From: Candidatus Saccharimonadales bacterium
GTDB lineage: Bacteria; Patescibacteriota; Saccharimonadia; Saccharimonadales; EFPC-124
Length of the DNA: 64,000 nt
Direction of reading: 5' to 3'
Assembly (NCBI GenBank): GCA_035710125.1
Contig: DASTDY010000063.1
Span: 150,446-214,445, forward strand
Made by a program: the position numbers and the translations under genes. The notes beneath the pieces were generated by a model, which had not been told where the DNA came from, did no database searches, and saw only the letters and a program-made list of their open reading frames with translations. Shown in pieces: positions 17,292 to 26,937 of this stretch (positions within the stretch are counted from its first letter, which is position 1; each line of letters begins with the position of its first letter).

Positions 17292-18348
17292 ATCGCCAGA
17301 ACAGCCACTTCCTACGTTTTTAGACCACGTGCACGAGTTGCGCAAGCGTTTGTTTTGGGTGGTGGGCAGTGTCTTGGTGGTATCGAGTGCCGCGTACAGT
17401 TTTTTAGGCGTGATCATTAATTTACTTACTCGGCCACTTGGCGATCAGCAACTTTTTTACCTTACTCCAGCAGGTGGGCTTAGTTTTTCCATAAAACTGT
17501 GCGCCTATGTGGGTATGATTGTTGCTGTGCCCCTTATAATGTTCCATATTTATCGTTTTTTAGAGCCGCTTATGGGCAAGTGGCGAAAATCGGCGGTTTT
17601 TTATCTTGGATTTTCTTCTTTGCTCGCGACCTCTGGAGTATTGTTTGCTTATTTTATAAGCCTTCCTGCCGCGCTGCACTTTTTAACAGGCTTTAGCAAT
17701 GTCGCCAGCATCCAGGCTATGCTCACTGCAGATTCGTATCTTACATTCGTGACTACTTATTTGCTCGGCGCGGCGTTGCTGTTTCAGATTCCGCTGTTGC
17801 TGCTCATTATCAATACCATGACCCCGCTTAAACCCAGCAAACTCATGAAACTTCAGCGGTATGTCATTGTTGGCGCATTCATTTTGGGGGCAATTATTTC
17901 GCCCACGCCCGATATTATGAACCAAACGTTTTTGGCGCTGCCAATCATTGGCATGTACCAGCTTGGTGTGGTTTTAGTATGGATTCAAAACAAGGCGCTG
18001 CGTGGCCGTCGGCTTGAGCAGCTTGCCGAGGTGGCAATTCCAGACGATGTACTACTAGACTTATCAAATCCGCTACCAGAACCTCGTAAAACCCCAAGGC
18101 CGGCAATGCCTCTTACTGTGTCTGCGCAGCCTGTTGCGGCGAAACAAGTCCAACAAATAGCCCCTAGGCAAGCCGTAAGAAAGGTGGTGCCGGTCATGAG
18201 TGACATTGCACCACGGCAGGTAAGGCCTATGCCGGCTGTCCCGCAACTAACACGGCAAGTTAGGCCGGCGCCCAAAATAAGCGTGCCCGCCAGAACCGTT
18301 GATGGTTTTACCGCATACAGGGCGCCAATATCTGCTCAAATGTCTTGA
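17236..18348 (+). CDS. tatC: Twin-arginine translocase subunit TatC with a ~115-aa Pro/Arg/Gln/Val-rich C-terminal extension
   Basis: FLDHVHELRKRLFWVV... then six TM segments. The start is uncertain because the ORF overlaps tatA by 56 nt. The tail carries repeats IAPRQAVR / IAPRQVRP / LTRQVRP. Confidence 0.8.
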   Translation: MATRMSSQKPLAPASKTAKSPEQPLPTFLDHVHELRKRLFWVVGSVLVVSSAAYSFLGVIINLLTRPLGDQQLFYLTPAGGLSFSIKLCAYVGMIVAVPLIMFHIYRFLEPLMGKWRKSAVFYLGFSSLLATSGVLFAYFISLPAALHFLTGFSNVASIQAMLTADSYLTFVTTYLLGAALLFQIPLLLLIINTMTPLKPSKLMKLQRYVIVGAFILGAIISPTPDIMNQTFLALPIIGMYQLGVVLVWIQNKALRGRRLEQLAEVAIPDDVLLDLSNPLPEPRKTPRPAMPLTVSAQPVAAKQVQQIAPRQAVRKVVPVMSDIAPRQVRPMPAVPQLTRQVRPAPKISVPARTVDGFTAYRAPISAQMS

Positions 18349-18397
18349 CTTCTTAGTGATTATGCTTAATTATTAAAGAAAATAAAAAGGCAAAGAA

Positions 18398-18607
18398 ATG
18401 ACAACTCCATCCCCTATAAACGATCTACTCCAAAAGCGCATGGATCGCAAAGATTTTTTAAAGCATGTTGGCATCGGCATGGCTATGCTTACTGGTATTG
18501 CTGGCGTTATAAAAATGCTCCAACCCGCCCAACGCAAACAACAGCTGGGATATGGTAGCTCTGTGTACGGTGGTTCTGCAAAAAGCCTTGAGCAAACCAA
18601 AAGTTAG
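18398..18607 (+). CDS. Small protein with degenerate Tat-like motif (KRMDRKDFLKH + hydrophobic stretch), paralog of 1878..2081
   Basis: 69 aa, located 50 nt downstream of tatC. Aligns colinearly with the 1878..2081 product over about 40 aa. Confidence 0.55.
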   Translation: MTTPSPINDLLQKRMDRKDFLKHVGIGMAMLTGIAGVIKMLQPAQRKQQLGYGSSVYGGSAKSLEQTKS

Positions 18608-18655
18608 TGTCTGTTACAACTTGATCTTACAGCCAACTCAACTTATAGTACCCGT

Positions 18656-19387
18656 ATGGAAGTTAACGAACGGCAACGCCGTAAAGTTGCCGCTTATGCG
18701 CCAAGCCTAGCCGCATTGGAGCCTATTCGTAAGGCGCCTCTTTTATTTGTGTGCGGTATAGTGGGGGCGGGTAAAGATTCTACCCTGCGGCAAGTTATGG
18801 CCACCTACCCTGGCCAGTACCAGTTTATTGTATCGCATGTAACACGGCCTCCGCGTGTTAATAACGGGGTGCCCGAACGCGATGGCGACGACTACCATTT
18901 TATTGATTTTAACCAAGCCGAACGCATGTTAGATAACGGCGAATACATTGAGGCAGCAATTGTACACGCCAAACATATTTATGGCACAAGTATTGCCGAG
19001 GTAAAAAGAATTTACGACGCCGGAAAGATTGCGTTTACAGACGTAACGGTAGAGGGCGCAGGAAACTACATAAACCTTGGCTTAAACGCACGGCCTGTAT
19101 TTTTACTGCCGCCAGATTATCCCACATGGCGGATGCGTTTAGAGAAGCGCGGCCGGATGGCTCCAGAAGAACTCAAGCGTCGTTTGCAGAGCGCGGTAGA
19201 CGAAATCTCTTATGCGCTCAGTGTACCGTTTTTTTATTTTGTTATTAACAACGACCTAGAGAATACTGCTAAAATTGTTAACCGAATAGGCCACGGAGAG
19301 CCGGTTGATCGTCGTTACCCTGGTGCGATTAAGGTTGCAGAGAACTTATTAGACAGCATTAAGCAGGAGCTCAAGAGACTTGGTTAA
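18656..19387 (+). CDS. Guanylate kinase-like protein
   Basis: P-loop GIVGAGKDST, SHVTRPPRVNNGVPERDGDDYHFID, EAAIVHAKHIYGTS (Gmk pattern with an N-terminal extension). Confidence 0.6.
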   Translation: MEVNERQRRKVAAYAPSLAALEPIRKAPLLFVCGIVGAGKDSTLRQVMATYPGQYQFIVSHVTRPPRVNNGVPERDGDDYHFIDFNQAERMLDNGEYIEAAIVHAKHIYGTSIAEVKRIYDAGKIAFTDVTVEGAGNYINLGLNARPVFLLPPDYPTWRMRLEKRGRMAPEELKRRLQSAVDEISYALSVPFFYFVINNDLENTAKIVNRIGHGEPVDRRYPGAIKVAENLLDSIKQELKRLG

Positions 19388-19520
19388 CATGGGTGACTTA
19401 GTAGAGGTGGGATAGGTTGGATTACTTAGGTTTTATAAAATATGTAAATAATCTTTATGCGCATGGTATTGCCTGCTATAGTGTAAAGCGCACGATTTTC
19501 CCAACGAGCAAGGGAGTTTT

Positions 19521-20456
19521 GTGGCTGATCTAAGCCGAAGGCAGCTTGCAGCTGTCTTGTGTACTGCCGGTGTAGCCATGTCGTCGCTGCCGGGTGTCGC
19601 CACGGCCGACGACCAGAGACAGGGTAAGGCCTGTGTGCTGAACTACGACCCTACTCCAGGAGGCAAGGTGCACCCTGCGCCGTTTTTGAAGTTGCCGTTC
19701 CGTTCTCAGGACGCGCGCAACTCACTGGTCGTAGACAACGGCTGGGAGATGGCCGCCGACGAGATTCCGATCGCCGGCGCTGACCCCCACCGTGCACTCG
19801 ACATGGTGCTGGCGCGCACCAAAGACTTCGGCCACGGTGTGCCCGTGCTGGCTGCTGCCAGTGGCCGGGCGTACTTCTCGTACCAGTACATCACTGGTGC
19901 ATGGAAGGACCCCAAGACCGGCGTGACACACCAGTTGGGTTATGGGGCGGGCTTGGTGGTAGAAATCCGCCACCAAGACGCCAACGGCCAGCCGACTGGC
20001 TGGGTGACCCAGTACGTGCACCTGGCGGACGTTGCACAGGATCTTCCGTACCTGCGGCCCGAGAAGTCAGGCGAGCACGACTGGTTCCCGAGTGGACTGC
20101 TCAAGCCCAATCAAGAACTGTGGGATCTGGGCGTGCCGGTCGTGGCCGGTCAGGTGATCGGACACCAGGGCGACACTGGTATTGGCAAAGACTGGTGGGA
20201 CGACTTCCGCGTCGAGACCGGCGAAGTTGTCCCGCGCGACCGCACCACACTCAAGCCGTGGGACCCGCCACAGCTGCACTTTCAGCTGTACCAGGGCCGC
20301 GTGGACGGCGCGAAGCAGAACATCATCGACCCGCTGGGCGTGTACGGGCGTGTGTACCCCGAGTTCAACCCGTACGGCGAGCCTGGCAGCATCTGCCAGG
20401 GGCCGCAAGGTGTGTTCCTGACCGACCAGCGTGGTAGGTTGCAGTACGCAGGCTAG
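19521..20456 (+). CDS. Secreted M23/LytM-like peptidase domain protein, G+C-rich (probable horizontal acquisition)
   Basis: Tat-like signal LSRRQLAAVLCTAGVAMSSLPGVATA. M23 landmarks HRALD (HxxxD), YVHL, GQVIGHQGDTG. The final motif reads PQLHFQ rather than the canonical PHLHFE. Third codon positions are mostly G/C. Confidence 0.6.
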   Translation: MADLSRRQLAAVLCTAGVAMSSLPGVATADDQRQGKACVLNYDPTPGGKVHPAPFLKLPFRSQDARNSLVVDNGWEMAADEIPIAGADPHRALDMVLARTKDFGHGVPVLAAASGRAYFSYQYITGAWKDPKTGVTHQLGYGAGLVVEIRHQDANGQPTGWVTQYVHLADVAQDLPYLRPEKSGEHDWFPSGLLKPNQELWDLGVPVVAGQVIGHQGDTGIGKDWWDDFRVETGEVVPRDRTTLKPWDPPQLHFQLYQGRVDGAKQNIIDPLGVYGRVYPEFNPYGEPGSICQGPQGVFLTDQRGRLQYAG

Positions 20457-20505
20457 GCAGTGACGGTGTGCGTCGGGCTTTTCGGCTCGGCGCACACCCG
20501 CGTTC

Positions 20506-20532
20506 TTGGCACTCTTGACTCGCGAGTGCCAG
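20506..20532 (+). promoter_or_regulatory. CIRCE operator (HrcA binding site) upstream of hrcA
   Basis: TTGGCACTC-N9-GAGTGCCAG against the consensus TTAGCACTC-N9-GAGTGCTAA. Confidence 0.8.
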
Positions 20533-20555
20533 TAAGACTATCATGTAAATCAGAT

Positions 20556-21251
20556 ATGACCGACCGGCAACAGCAAATCCTTGCGGCAATTATTGAGCAA
20601 TATGCAGAGGTCGCCGTCCCTGTTGGGTCGGTGACGCTTGCTAAGTTGTTTGGCGTAAGCTCGGCAACAATTAGGGCCGAAATGAGCCGGCTAGAAGACA
20701 TGGGCTTTATTGCGCAGCCACATACTAGTGCTGGCCGGATTCCAACAGACAAAGGTTATCGGTCTTATGTAAATTATTTGCATAACGAAGACTCGCCGCA
20801 ACTCGCGCCTCTTAGGCCAGTGCACGCGCTCGATGTACGGGTGTCGCAGGCAGGGCGTGCAGATTTGGCTATCCGATCTGCGGTAGATATGCTAGTAGAG
20901 CTCACCCATAACGTGGGTTTGGCTACCATTGGCGACCAGCTGTATTTGAGCGGATTTGGCCATTTATTTACACAGCCCGAATTTTTAAACGGCGGCTCAG
21001 AAGTTGCCCGTTTACTCGACAACCTAGAGCCATGGCTGCGCGAAGCAACCCCAAACGAGCCGCTCAACGTGTATATTGGCAGCGAAAACCCTATCGGCAA
21101 GAGCAGTGGCTGCAGCCTTATTATCAGCAGGTTCCGTTCGCCCTATTCAGACTTTAGTTATATTGGGGTGCTAGGGTCAACACGGCAAAGCTACCGAGAT
21201 GTAATGCGCCTTGTAAGGCATGCAGGCGAAACACTAGAAACAACAATATAG
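20556..21251 (+). CDS. hrcA: Heat-inducible transcription repressor HrcA (short form)
   Basis: [70 protein letters not shown] prefer ATG 20556, because the ORF-track start 20460 would run through the CIRCE site. Confidence 0.9.
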   Translation: MTDRQQQILAAIIEQYAEVAVPVGSVTLAKLFGVSSATIRAEMSRLEDMGFIAQPHTSAGRIPTDKGYRSYVNYLHNEDSPQLAPLRPVHALDVRVSQAGRADLAIRSAVDMLVELTHNVGLATIGDQLYLSGFGHLFTQPEFLNGGSEVARLLDNLEPWLREATPNEPLNVYIGSENPIGKSSGCSLIISRFRSPYSDFSYIGVLGSTRQSYRDVMRLVRHAGETLETTI

Positions 21252-21261
21252 GAGCATACAA

Positions 21262-21735
21262 ATGGCAAAGCCCTCAAAAAAAGAAGAAGAACTACAGGTA
21301 CGGTTAACCGAACTCACTGCCGACCTACAGCGCCAGCGTGCCGATTTTGAGAACTACCGAAAACGCGTAGATACCGAAAAAGCCCAACTGAGCGACATGG
21401 CAAAAGCCGCCACAATCATGAAACTATTACCCGTAATAGATACAATTGAGCGCGCTATTGCCCATGCCCCTGCCGAACTGGCCGACGACCCTTGGGCAAA
21501 AGGCGTGACCAGCCTAACCAAAAACTTAGAGAAATCTTTACAAGACCTCGGCCTTAGCCGTATTCAGGCGACACCTGGCACCAGTTTTGACCCCAGCTTG
21601 CACGAAGCTGTCATTATGGACGAAACCGAAGGCGACAAACAGGTTGTGGCAGAAGAGCTCCGCGCCGGCTATACCCTATCCGGCCACGTTGTCCGCCCGA
21701 GCATGGTAAAAGTTACCCATGCAAAGGAGCAATAA
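21262..21735 (+). CDS. grpE: Nucleotide exchange factor GrpE
   Basis: DLQRQRADFENYRKRVDTEK...LLPVIDTIERA...FDPSLHEAV. Confidence 0.9.
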   Translation: MAKPSKKEEELQVRLTELTADLQRQRADFENYRKRVDTEKAQLSDMAKAATIMKLLPVIDTIERAIAHAPAELADDPWAKGVTSLTKNLEKSLQDLGLSRIQATPGTSFDPSLHEAVIMDETEGDKQVVAEELRAGYTLSGHVVRPSMVKVTHAKEQ

Positions 21736-22061
21736 TGACTACTCAGGAAATCCAGGCACGGGCCAAGCAAGTGCGGGCACTCTACGAAAAGCTAGCACAA
21801 AAGAACTACGGCCGCTCCTGGAGCCGCGAAGAATTGATGCTTGGGTTTGTGGGCGATGTCGGTGACCTAGCCAAGCTAGCCATTGCAAAAGAAGGTGTCC
21901 GCGATATTAGCGATGCAGACCAAAAGCTGCAGCACGAACTCGCCGACTGTTTGTGGTCAGTTTTAGTGTTGGCAGATGCCTACGGTATAGATATTGAAGC
22001 CGCTTTTACGCGCACAATGGATCAGCTAGAAACACGCGTTAACAAAGAACTGGATGTCTAG
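21735..22061 (+). CDS. MazG-like nucleotide pyrophosphohydrolase
   Basis: LMLGFVGDVGDLAKL and HELADCLWSVLVLADAYGIDIEAAF (four-helix MazG/NTP-PPase pattern). Its start overlaps the grpE stop. Confidence 0.65.
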   Translation: MTTQEIQARAKQVRALYEKLAQKNYGRSWSREELMLGFVGDVGDLAKLAIAKEGVRDISDADQKLQHELADCLWSVLVLADAYGIDIEAAFTRTMDQLETRVNKELDV

Positions 22062-22064
22062 TTT

Positions 22065-22091
22065 TTAGCACTCTTGACGTACGAGTGCTAA
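22065..22091 (+). promoter_or_regulatory. CIRCE operator upstream of dnaK
   Basis: Perfect consensus TTAGCACTC-TTGACGTAC-GAGTGCTAA. Confidence 0.9.
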
Positions 22092-22186
22092 TTTTTTATG
22101 CTAGAAGTATATTAGTAGCCAATGCGAGAGGTTACTAAACTTGAACTACCAATTCTCAATCAGAAAAAGCAAAAGGAGGCATCTTT

Positions 22187-24088
22187 ATGGGTAAAATTAT
22201 CGGTATCGACCTTGGCACCACCAACAGCGCCATGGCCTACATGGTGGCTGGCAAACCAGAGGTTATTGCAAATGCAGAAGGCAATCGCACCACACCCAGC
22301 GTTGTTGCGATCAACAAGAATGGCGAACGTTTGGTTGGCCAAGTGGCCCAGCGCCAACGCGTAACTAACGCCAAAAACACAATCTACGGCGTAAAGCGTT
22401 TAATCGGCCGCAAATTTAGCGACACCGAGGTACAAAAAGACCTCGACTTAATGCCATACGAAATAGTTAAAAGCGGCGACGGCGTAAAGGTAAAACTTGG
22501 CGACAAAGAATATAGTAGCGAAGAAGTCAGCGCTATGATCTTAAGCAAGCTTAAAGCCGACGCCGAAGCCTTTTTAGGCGAAAAGGTAACAGAAGCTGTT
22601 ATTACTGTACCGGCCTACTTCGACGACTCCCAGCGCCAAGCCACCAAAGACGCCGGTAAAATCGCCGGCCTAGAAGTTAAGCGTATTATTAACGAGCCTA
22701 CCGCCGCCGCCCTTGCGTACGGCCTAGAAAAGAACAAAGAAGAAAAAATCGCCGTCTTCGACCTTGGTGGCGGTACGTTTGATGTATCTATTTTGGAACT
22801 CGGCGACGGCGTGTTTGAAGTAAAAAGCACCAACGGCGACACCCATCTTGGTGGTGAAGACTTCGACAACCGCATAATGAATTACTTTATCGACGAATTT
22901 AAGCGAGAACACGGCGTAGACCTTAAAAACGACAACGCCGCTAAACAGCGCCTTAAAGACGAAGCAGAAAAGGCAAAGAAAGAACTGTCTACTACCACAG
23001 AGGTAGAAATCAACCTGCCGTTCTTAACCGCCGACGCCGACGGCCCTAAACACTTCGAAACCAAGCTTACCCGCGCCAAACTAGAAGAACTGGTTGCCGA
23101 CCTAATCGACAAAACTGCCGAACCTTGCCAAAAGGCCCTAAAAGACGCCGGCTTTAGCGCCAGTGACATAGACGAAATCGTGCTTGTGGGCGGTATGACC
23201 CGCATGCCGGCTGTGGTAGAAAAAGTCAAAAAAATCTTCGGCAAAGAACCGCTTAAAGGCGTAAACCCCGACGAAGTTGTAGCGATTGGCGCTGCAATCC
23301 AAGGTGGCGTGCTTGCTGGCGACGTAAAGGACGTATTGCTTCTAGACGTAACCCCGCTCAGCCTTGGTATCGAAACCATGGGCGGCGTTATGACTAAGTT
23401 GATCGAACGCAACACTACTATCCCAACTAGCAAATCCGAAACCTTTAGTACTGCTGCCGACAACCAGCCGCAAGTAGAAATCCGCGTGCTGCAAGGCGAG
23501 CGCCAAATGGCTAACGACAATAAAGAACTTGGAATCTTCCAGCTCACCGGCATTGCACCAGCCCCACGCGGCGTGCCCCAGATTGAAGTGTCGTTTAACC
23601 TAGACGCCAACGGTATTCTGCACGTCACCGCCAAAGACAAAGGCACCGGCAAAGAGCAAAGCATTACCATTAGCAACAGTGGCAACCTAAGCAAAGACGA
23701 CATCGAAAAGGCCCAAAAAGAAGCCGAAATGCACGCCGAAGAAGACAAGCAAAAGCGCGAAGCCGCCGAAGCTAAAAACTTCTTGGCCCAGGCAATCTAC
23801 CAGGCCGAAAAACTGCCAGATGAGCACAAAGATAAAATCAGCGACGAAGACAAAAAAGTGATCGAAGAAGCCGTAAAAGAGGCGAAACATCACGAAAAGT
23901 CAGACGATAAAGCCGAGCTCGAAAAAGCGCTTAAGGCGTTAAACGAGAAAATCATGCCAATCGGTAGTAAACTATATGAAGCGGCCGCAAAAGACGCGCC
24001 CGCTGAAGACGCCGGAACTAAAGAAGGCGACAAAAAAGCCGATGAACCAGTTGAAGGCGAAGTAATAGACGATAAAAAGGAGAAATAG
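22187..24088 (+). CDS. dnaK: Chaperone DnaK (Hsp70)
   Basis: [13 protein letters not shown]..., DLGGGTFD, full-length Hsp70 with an acidic C-terminus. RBS AAAGGAGG. Confidence 0.97.
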   Translation: MGKIIGIDLGTTNSAMAYMVAGKPEVIANAEGNRTTPSVVAINKNGERLVGQVAQRQRVTNAKNTIYGVKRLIGRKFSDTEVQKDLDLMPYEIVKSGDGVKVKLGDKEYSSEEVSAMILSKLKADAEAFLGEKVTEAVITVPAYFDDSQRQATKDAGKIAGLEVKRIINEPTAAALAYGLEKNKEEKIAVFDLGGGTFDVSILELGDGVFEVKSTNGDTHLGGEDFDNRIMNYFIDEFKREHGVDLKNDNAAKQRLKDEAEKAKKELSTTTEVEINLPFLTADADGPKHFETKLTRAKLEELVADLIDKTAEPCQKALKDAGFSASDIDEIVLVGGMTRMPAVVEKVKKIFGKEPLKGVNPDEVVAIGAAIQGGVLAGDVKDVLLLDVTPLSLGIETMGGVMTKLIERNTTIPTSKSETFSTAADNQPQVEIRVLQGERQMANDNKELGIFQLTGIAPAPRGVPQIEVSFNLDANGILHVTAKDKGTGKEQSITISNSGNLSKDDIEKAQKEAEMHAEEDKQKREAAEAKNFLAQAIYQAEKLPDEHKDKISDEDKKVIEEAVKEAKHHEKSDDKAELEKALKALNEKIMPIGSKLYEAAAKDAPAEDAGTKEGDKKADEPVEGEVIDDKKEK

Positions 24089-24089
24089 C

Positions 24090-24272
24090 ATGGCAGAAGG
24101 CGGCAACATTTTTGAACAGCTCGGCTCAGCACTTGGCGATATCTTTAGCGCCAAAGACGAAGTAGTAAGCCAGGTAGAAGAAGTACAGCAAAGCATCCAA
24201 GACGCGAACCCGTTAAACGCGTTAGACGGCGAAGCTGGCAATAACGACAGCGAGAACCAAGGGCAACAATAG
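24090..24272 (+). CDS. Small acidic hypothetical protein between dnaK and dnaJ
   Basis: 60 aa. The ATG lies 1 nt after the dnaK stop. No recognisable motif. Confidence 0.4.
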   Translation: MAEGGNIFEQLGSALGDIFSAKDEVVSQVEEVQQSIQDANPLNALDGEAGNNDSENQGQQ

Positions 24273-24296
24273 CCTGCTGCCCACGCATTTTTGACT

Positions 24297-25382
24297 ATGG
24301 CAAAACGTGACTACTATGAAGTCTTGGGTATTGGCAAGTCTGCATCGGCAGATGAGATTAAAAAGGCCTTCCGCAGGCTTGCCGTGCAATACCATCCAGA
24401 CAAACAAGGTGGCGACGAAGCCAAGTTTAAAGAGATCAATGAGGCCTACGAGGTCTTAAAAGACGACGCCAAACGCCAGCGCTACGACCAATTTGGCCAT
24501 GCTGGTGTTGGCGGGGCGTCTGGCGGTGGTGGCGGTAGCCCGTTTGAGGGGTTCCAAGGTTTTGGCGGTCAAAATGTCGAGTTTGACCTTGGCGATATTT
24601 TTGGCAGCTTTTTTGGCGGAGGACAGGGCGGCCGTCAGCATGCCCGCCGTGGCCAAGACATTGCAATAGAGTTAACAATTGAGTTTAACGAAGCAATTTT
24701 TGGTACCGAAAAAGAAATCGCCCTAAACCTAGACGACAACTGCACACATTGCAAAGGTAGCGGCGCCGAGCCTGGCCATGACACAAAAAAGTGCCCTACA
24801 TGCAGTGGCACCGGCCAGGTAAACCGCGCCATGAACACCTTATTTGGGCGGATCAACCAAACCGTTGCCTGCGACACGTGCCAAGGGCGGGGCAAGGTGC
24901 CAGAAAAGGCCTGTAGTGTGTGCCATGGCCGTGGTACGCACCGCCAACGCCAGTCTATAAAAGTAAAGATTCCGGCTGGCATAGATGACGGCGCAACCAT
25001 TAGGCTTACGGGCCGCGGTGAGGCGGTCCAGGGCGGCGACAAGGGCGACCTTTACATTCATATGCGGGTTAAGGCGCACAAAAAGTTCACGCGTGAGGGC
25101 GGGCTAATCTTATCGACCGAAACAATAGATATTGTCACCGCGGCGCTCGGCGGTGAGCTGCAAGTAGACACGGTGGACGGGCCACTCACAATGAAGATTC
25201 CAGCCGGCACCCAAAGTGGCACCGATTTTAAACTCGCCGGCCACGGCGTGCCAAACGTGCGTACTGGCAGCCGCGGCGCACAGATTGTGTCGGTCCATGT
25301 GCAAACACCGACCAAACTGAGCAAACGCCAAAAAGAGCTACTCCAAGAATTTAAAAAGACCAAACGCGGGCTGTTCGCATGA
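24297..25382 (+). CDS. dnaJ: Chaperone DnaJ
   Basis: [12 protein letters not shown]-domain with HPD, a G/F region, and four CxxCxGxG zinc-finger repeats. ATG 24297 preferred over the TTG at 24291. Confidence 0.95.
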   Translation: MAKRDYYEVLGIGKSASADEIKKAFRRLAVQYHPDKQGGDEAKFKEINEAYEVLKDDAKRQRYDQFGHAGVGGASGGGGGSPFEGFQGFGGQNVEFDLGDIFGSFFGGGQGGRQHARRGQDIAIELTIEFNEAIFGTEKEIALNLDDNCTHCKGSGAEPGHDTKKCPTCSGTGQVNRAMNTLFGRINQTVACDTCQGRGKVPEKACSVCHGRGTHRQRQSIKVKIPAGIDDGATIRLTGRGEAVQGGDKGDLYIHMRVKAHKKFTREGGLILSTETIDIVTAALGGELQVDTVDGPLTMKIPAGTQSGTDFKLAGHGVPNVRTGSRGAQIVSVHVQTPTKLSKRQKELLQEFKKTKRGLFA

Positions 25383-26380
25383 TAAACGCCGCAACAATCC
25401 CCGCCGAACGATTGCGTTTTACAACCCGACTTATCCGCGACCAGGCACTGAAGCGCAGCTGGAAAGTGTGGTTGTACTATGAATACAGCTCGCAACTGCG
25501 GCTAGAGCGCCCAGACGGCACGCAGCTAGAGGTATACAGTGCAACACCGTCTACCACAAGCTACGTGGCTGCCCTGCGCGCAGACGATAAATTTTTTACT
25601 CATGTTGCGCTGCAGGCGGCAGGCCTTCCCCTACCCAAAACCTATGTTGTAGGCAGCCTTGCTCAGGCCACGCCAATCGTGCGGCAGTTTGTTGCGGCAG
25701 GCAAGCAATATGTAATAAAGCCACTCAACGAAGGCCACGGCAACGGTGTTTCGGTGGAGTTAGAAACTCTCGAACATTTACCTCTGGCATTTGCCTACGC
25801 CCAAGAGTATAGCGAAGACGTAATCATACAAGAACAAGTGCAGCAGCCGACAGACCTGCGCATTGTGTGTATTAACGGTAAGTGCGTGGCCGGTTTAGTA
25901 CGCATTCCGGCACGGGTTTTGGGCGATGGCATCCATACGGTTACTGAGTTGATCGAAACCGAAAACCGCAGTGACCGGCGCGGCCAAAATTACACCAAAG
26001 AGCTAAACATCATAAATAAAACACGTGCAGAATTATACGTGGGCGACAAGCTTAAGTACGTACCCAAAAAAGGCGAGTGGTTCCAAGTGCTCGGAACAGC
26101 AAACGTTGGTACCGGCGGCGAAACGGTAGACGTAACCGACGAACTCCCACAGTGGCTTAAAGATATGGCCGTGAAGGCAGCAAAAGTTATGGAACTCCCC
26201 GTGTGCGGCGTTGACTTTTTGCTGGGCGATATGCCAAAAATAACGCACACATCCCAGACATTGCCTGTTAAAATTATCGAAATAAACAAGACGCCAGCCC
26301 TGTTTATGCACGAGACCCCAACCTACGGCATGCCACGCCCTGTAGTCTCAGCTTACCTTGATTATTTAGAAACGCTATAA
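25379..26380 (+). CDS. ATP-grasp ligase (cyanophycin-synthetase-N-terminal-like / RimK-related)
   Basis: [66 protein letters not shown]. The ATG overlaps the dnaJ stop (ATGA). Confidence 0.6.
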   Translation: MINAATIPAERLRFTTRLIRDQALKRSWKVWLYYEYSSQLRLERPDGTQLEVYSATPSTTSYVAALRADDKFFTHVALQAAGLPLPKTYVVGSLAQATPIVRQFVAAGKQYVIKPLNEGHGNGVSVELETLEHLPLAFAYAQEYSEDVIIQEQVQQPTDLRIVCINGKCVAGLVRIPARVLGDGIHTVTELIETENRSDRRGQNYTKELNIINKTRAELYVGDKLKYVPKKGEWFQVLGTANVGTGGETVDVTDELPQWLKDMAVKAAKVMELPVCGVDFLLGDMPKITHTSQTLPVKIIEINKTPALFMHETPTYGMPRPVVSAYLDYLETL

Positions 26381-26451
26381 TGACAGATCTAAAAATCTTC
26401 TCATTATTAACAGAATCCTCTATTATTAGCTAAACGGATAACTTTACAGAT

Positions 26452-26928
26452 ATGAATGAAGAAACAAAAGAACTTCGTGTTATTGGGCGCGCCGAAAACA
26501 TTAGCCTGCCTGAGCAAGGTATAGATAAAATCCCAGCCCGCATAGACACCGGCGCAAAGACATCGGCCATTTGGGCCAGCGGCATGCAGGTAAAAGATGG
26601 CGTGCTGAGCTTTGTGTTTTTTGATAAGCAAAGCCAATTTTACAACGGTGTCCGCCATAATGTTACTGAGTTTTCTGAGCAGGTAGTGGCTAGTTCTAAC
26701 GGAATGGTAGAGAAACGTTTTAGGGTGCAGCTATTAGTTAAGATACGTGGTAAAAAGATTAGGGCTGCATTTACCCTTGCGAATCGGTCCACTCAGGTGT
26801 ATCCTGTGCTGATTGGCCGCAATGTGTTAACTGGCAAGTTTGTTGTTGATGTTAAAAAAGGTAAGCCACAGCGCGAAGCCGAACGATTGCGCGAAGCCCA
26901 ATTGCAATCACAACTGAACGATTTATAG
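26452..26928 (+). CDS. RimK-associated retropepsin-like protein (DUF785 / 'ATP-dependent zinc protease', RimB-like)
   Basis: VIGRAENISLPEQGIDKIPARIDTGAKTSAIWA matches the DUF785 signature. Sits immediately upstream of rimK. Confidence 0.7.
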   Translation: MNEETKELRVIGRAENISLPEQGIDKIPARIDTGAKTSAIWASGMQVKDGVLSFVFFDKQSQFYNGVRHNVTEFSEQVVASSNGMVEKRFRVQLLVKIRGKKIRAAFTLANRSTQVYPVLIGRNVLTGKFVVDVKKGKPQREAERLREAQLQSQLNDL

Positions 26929-26937
26929 GAGTAGCAA

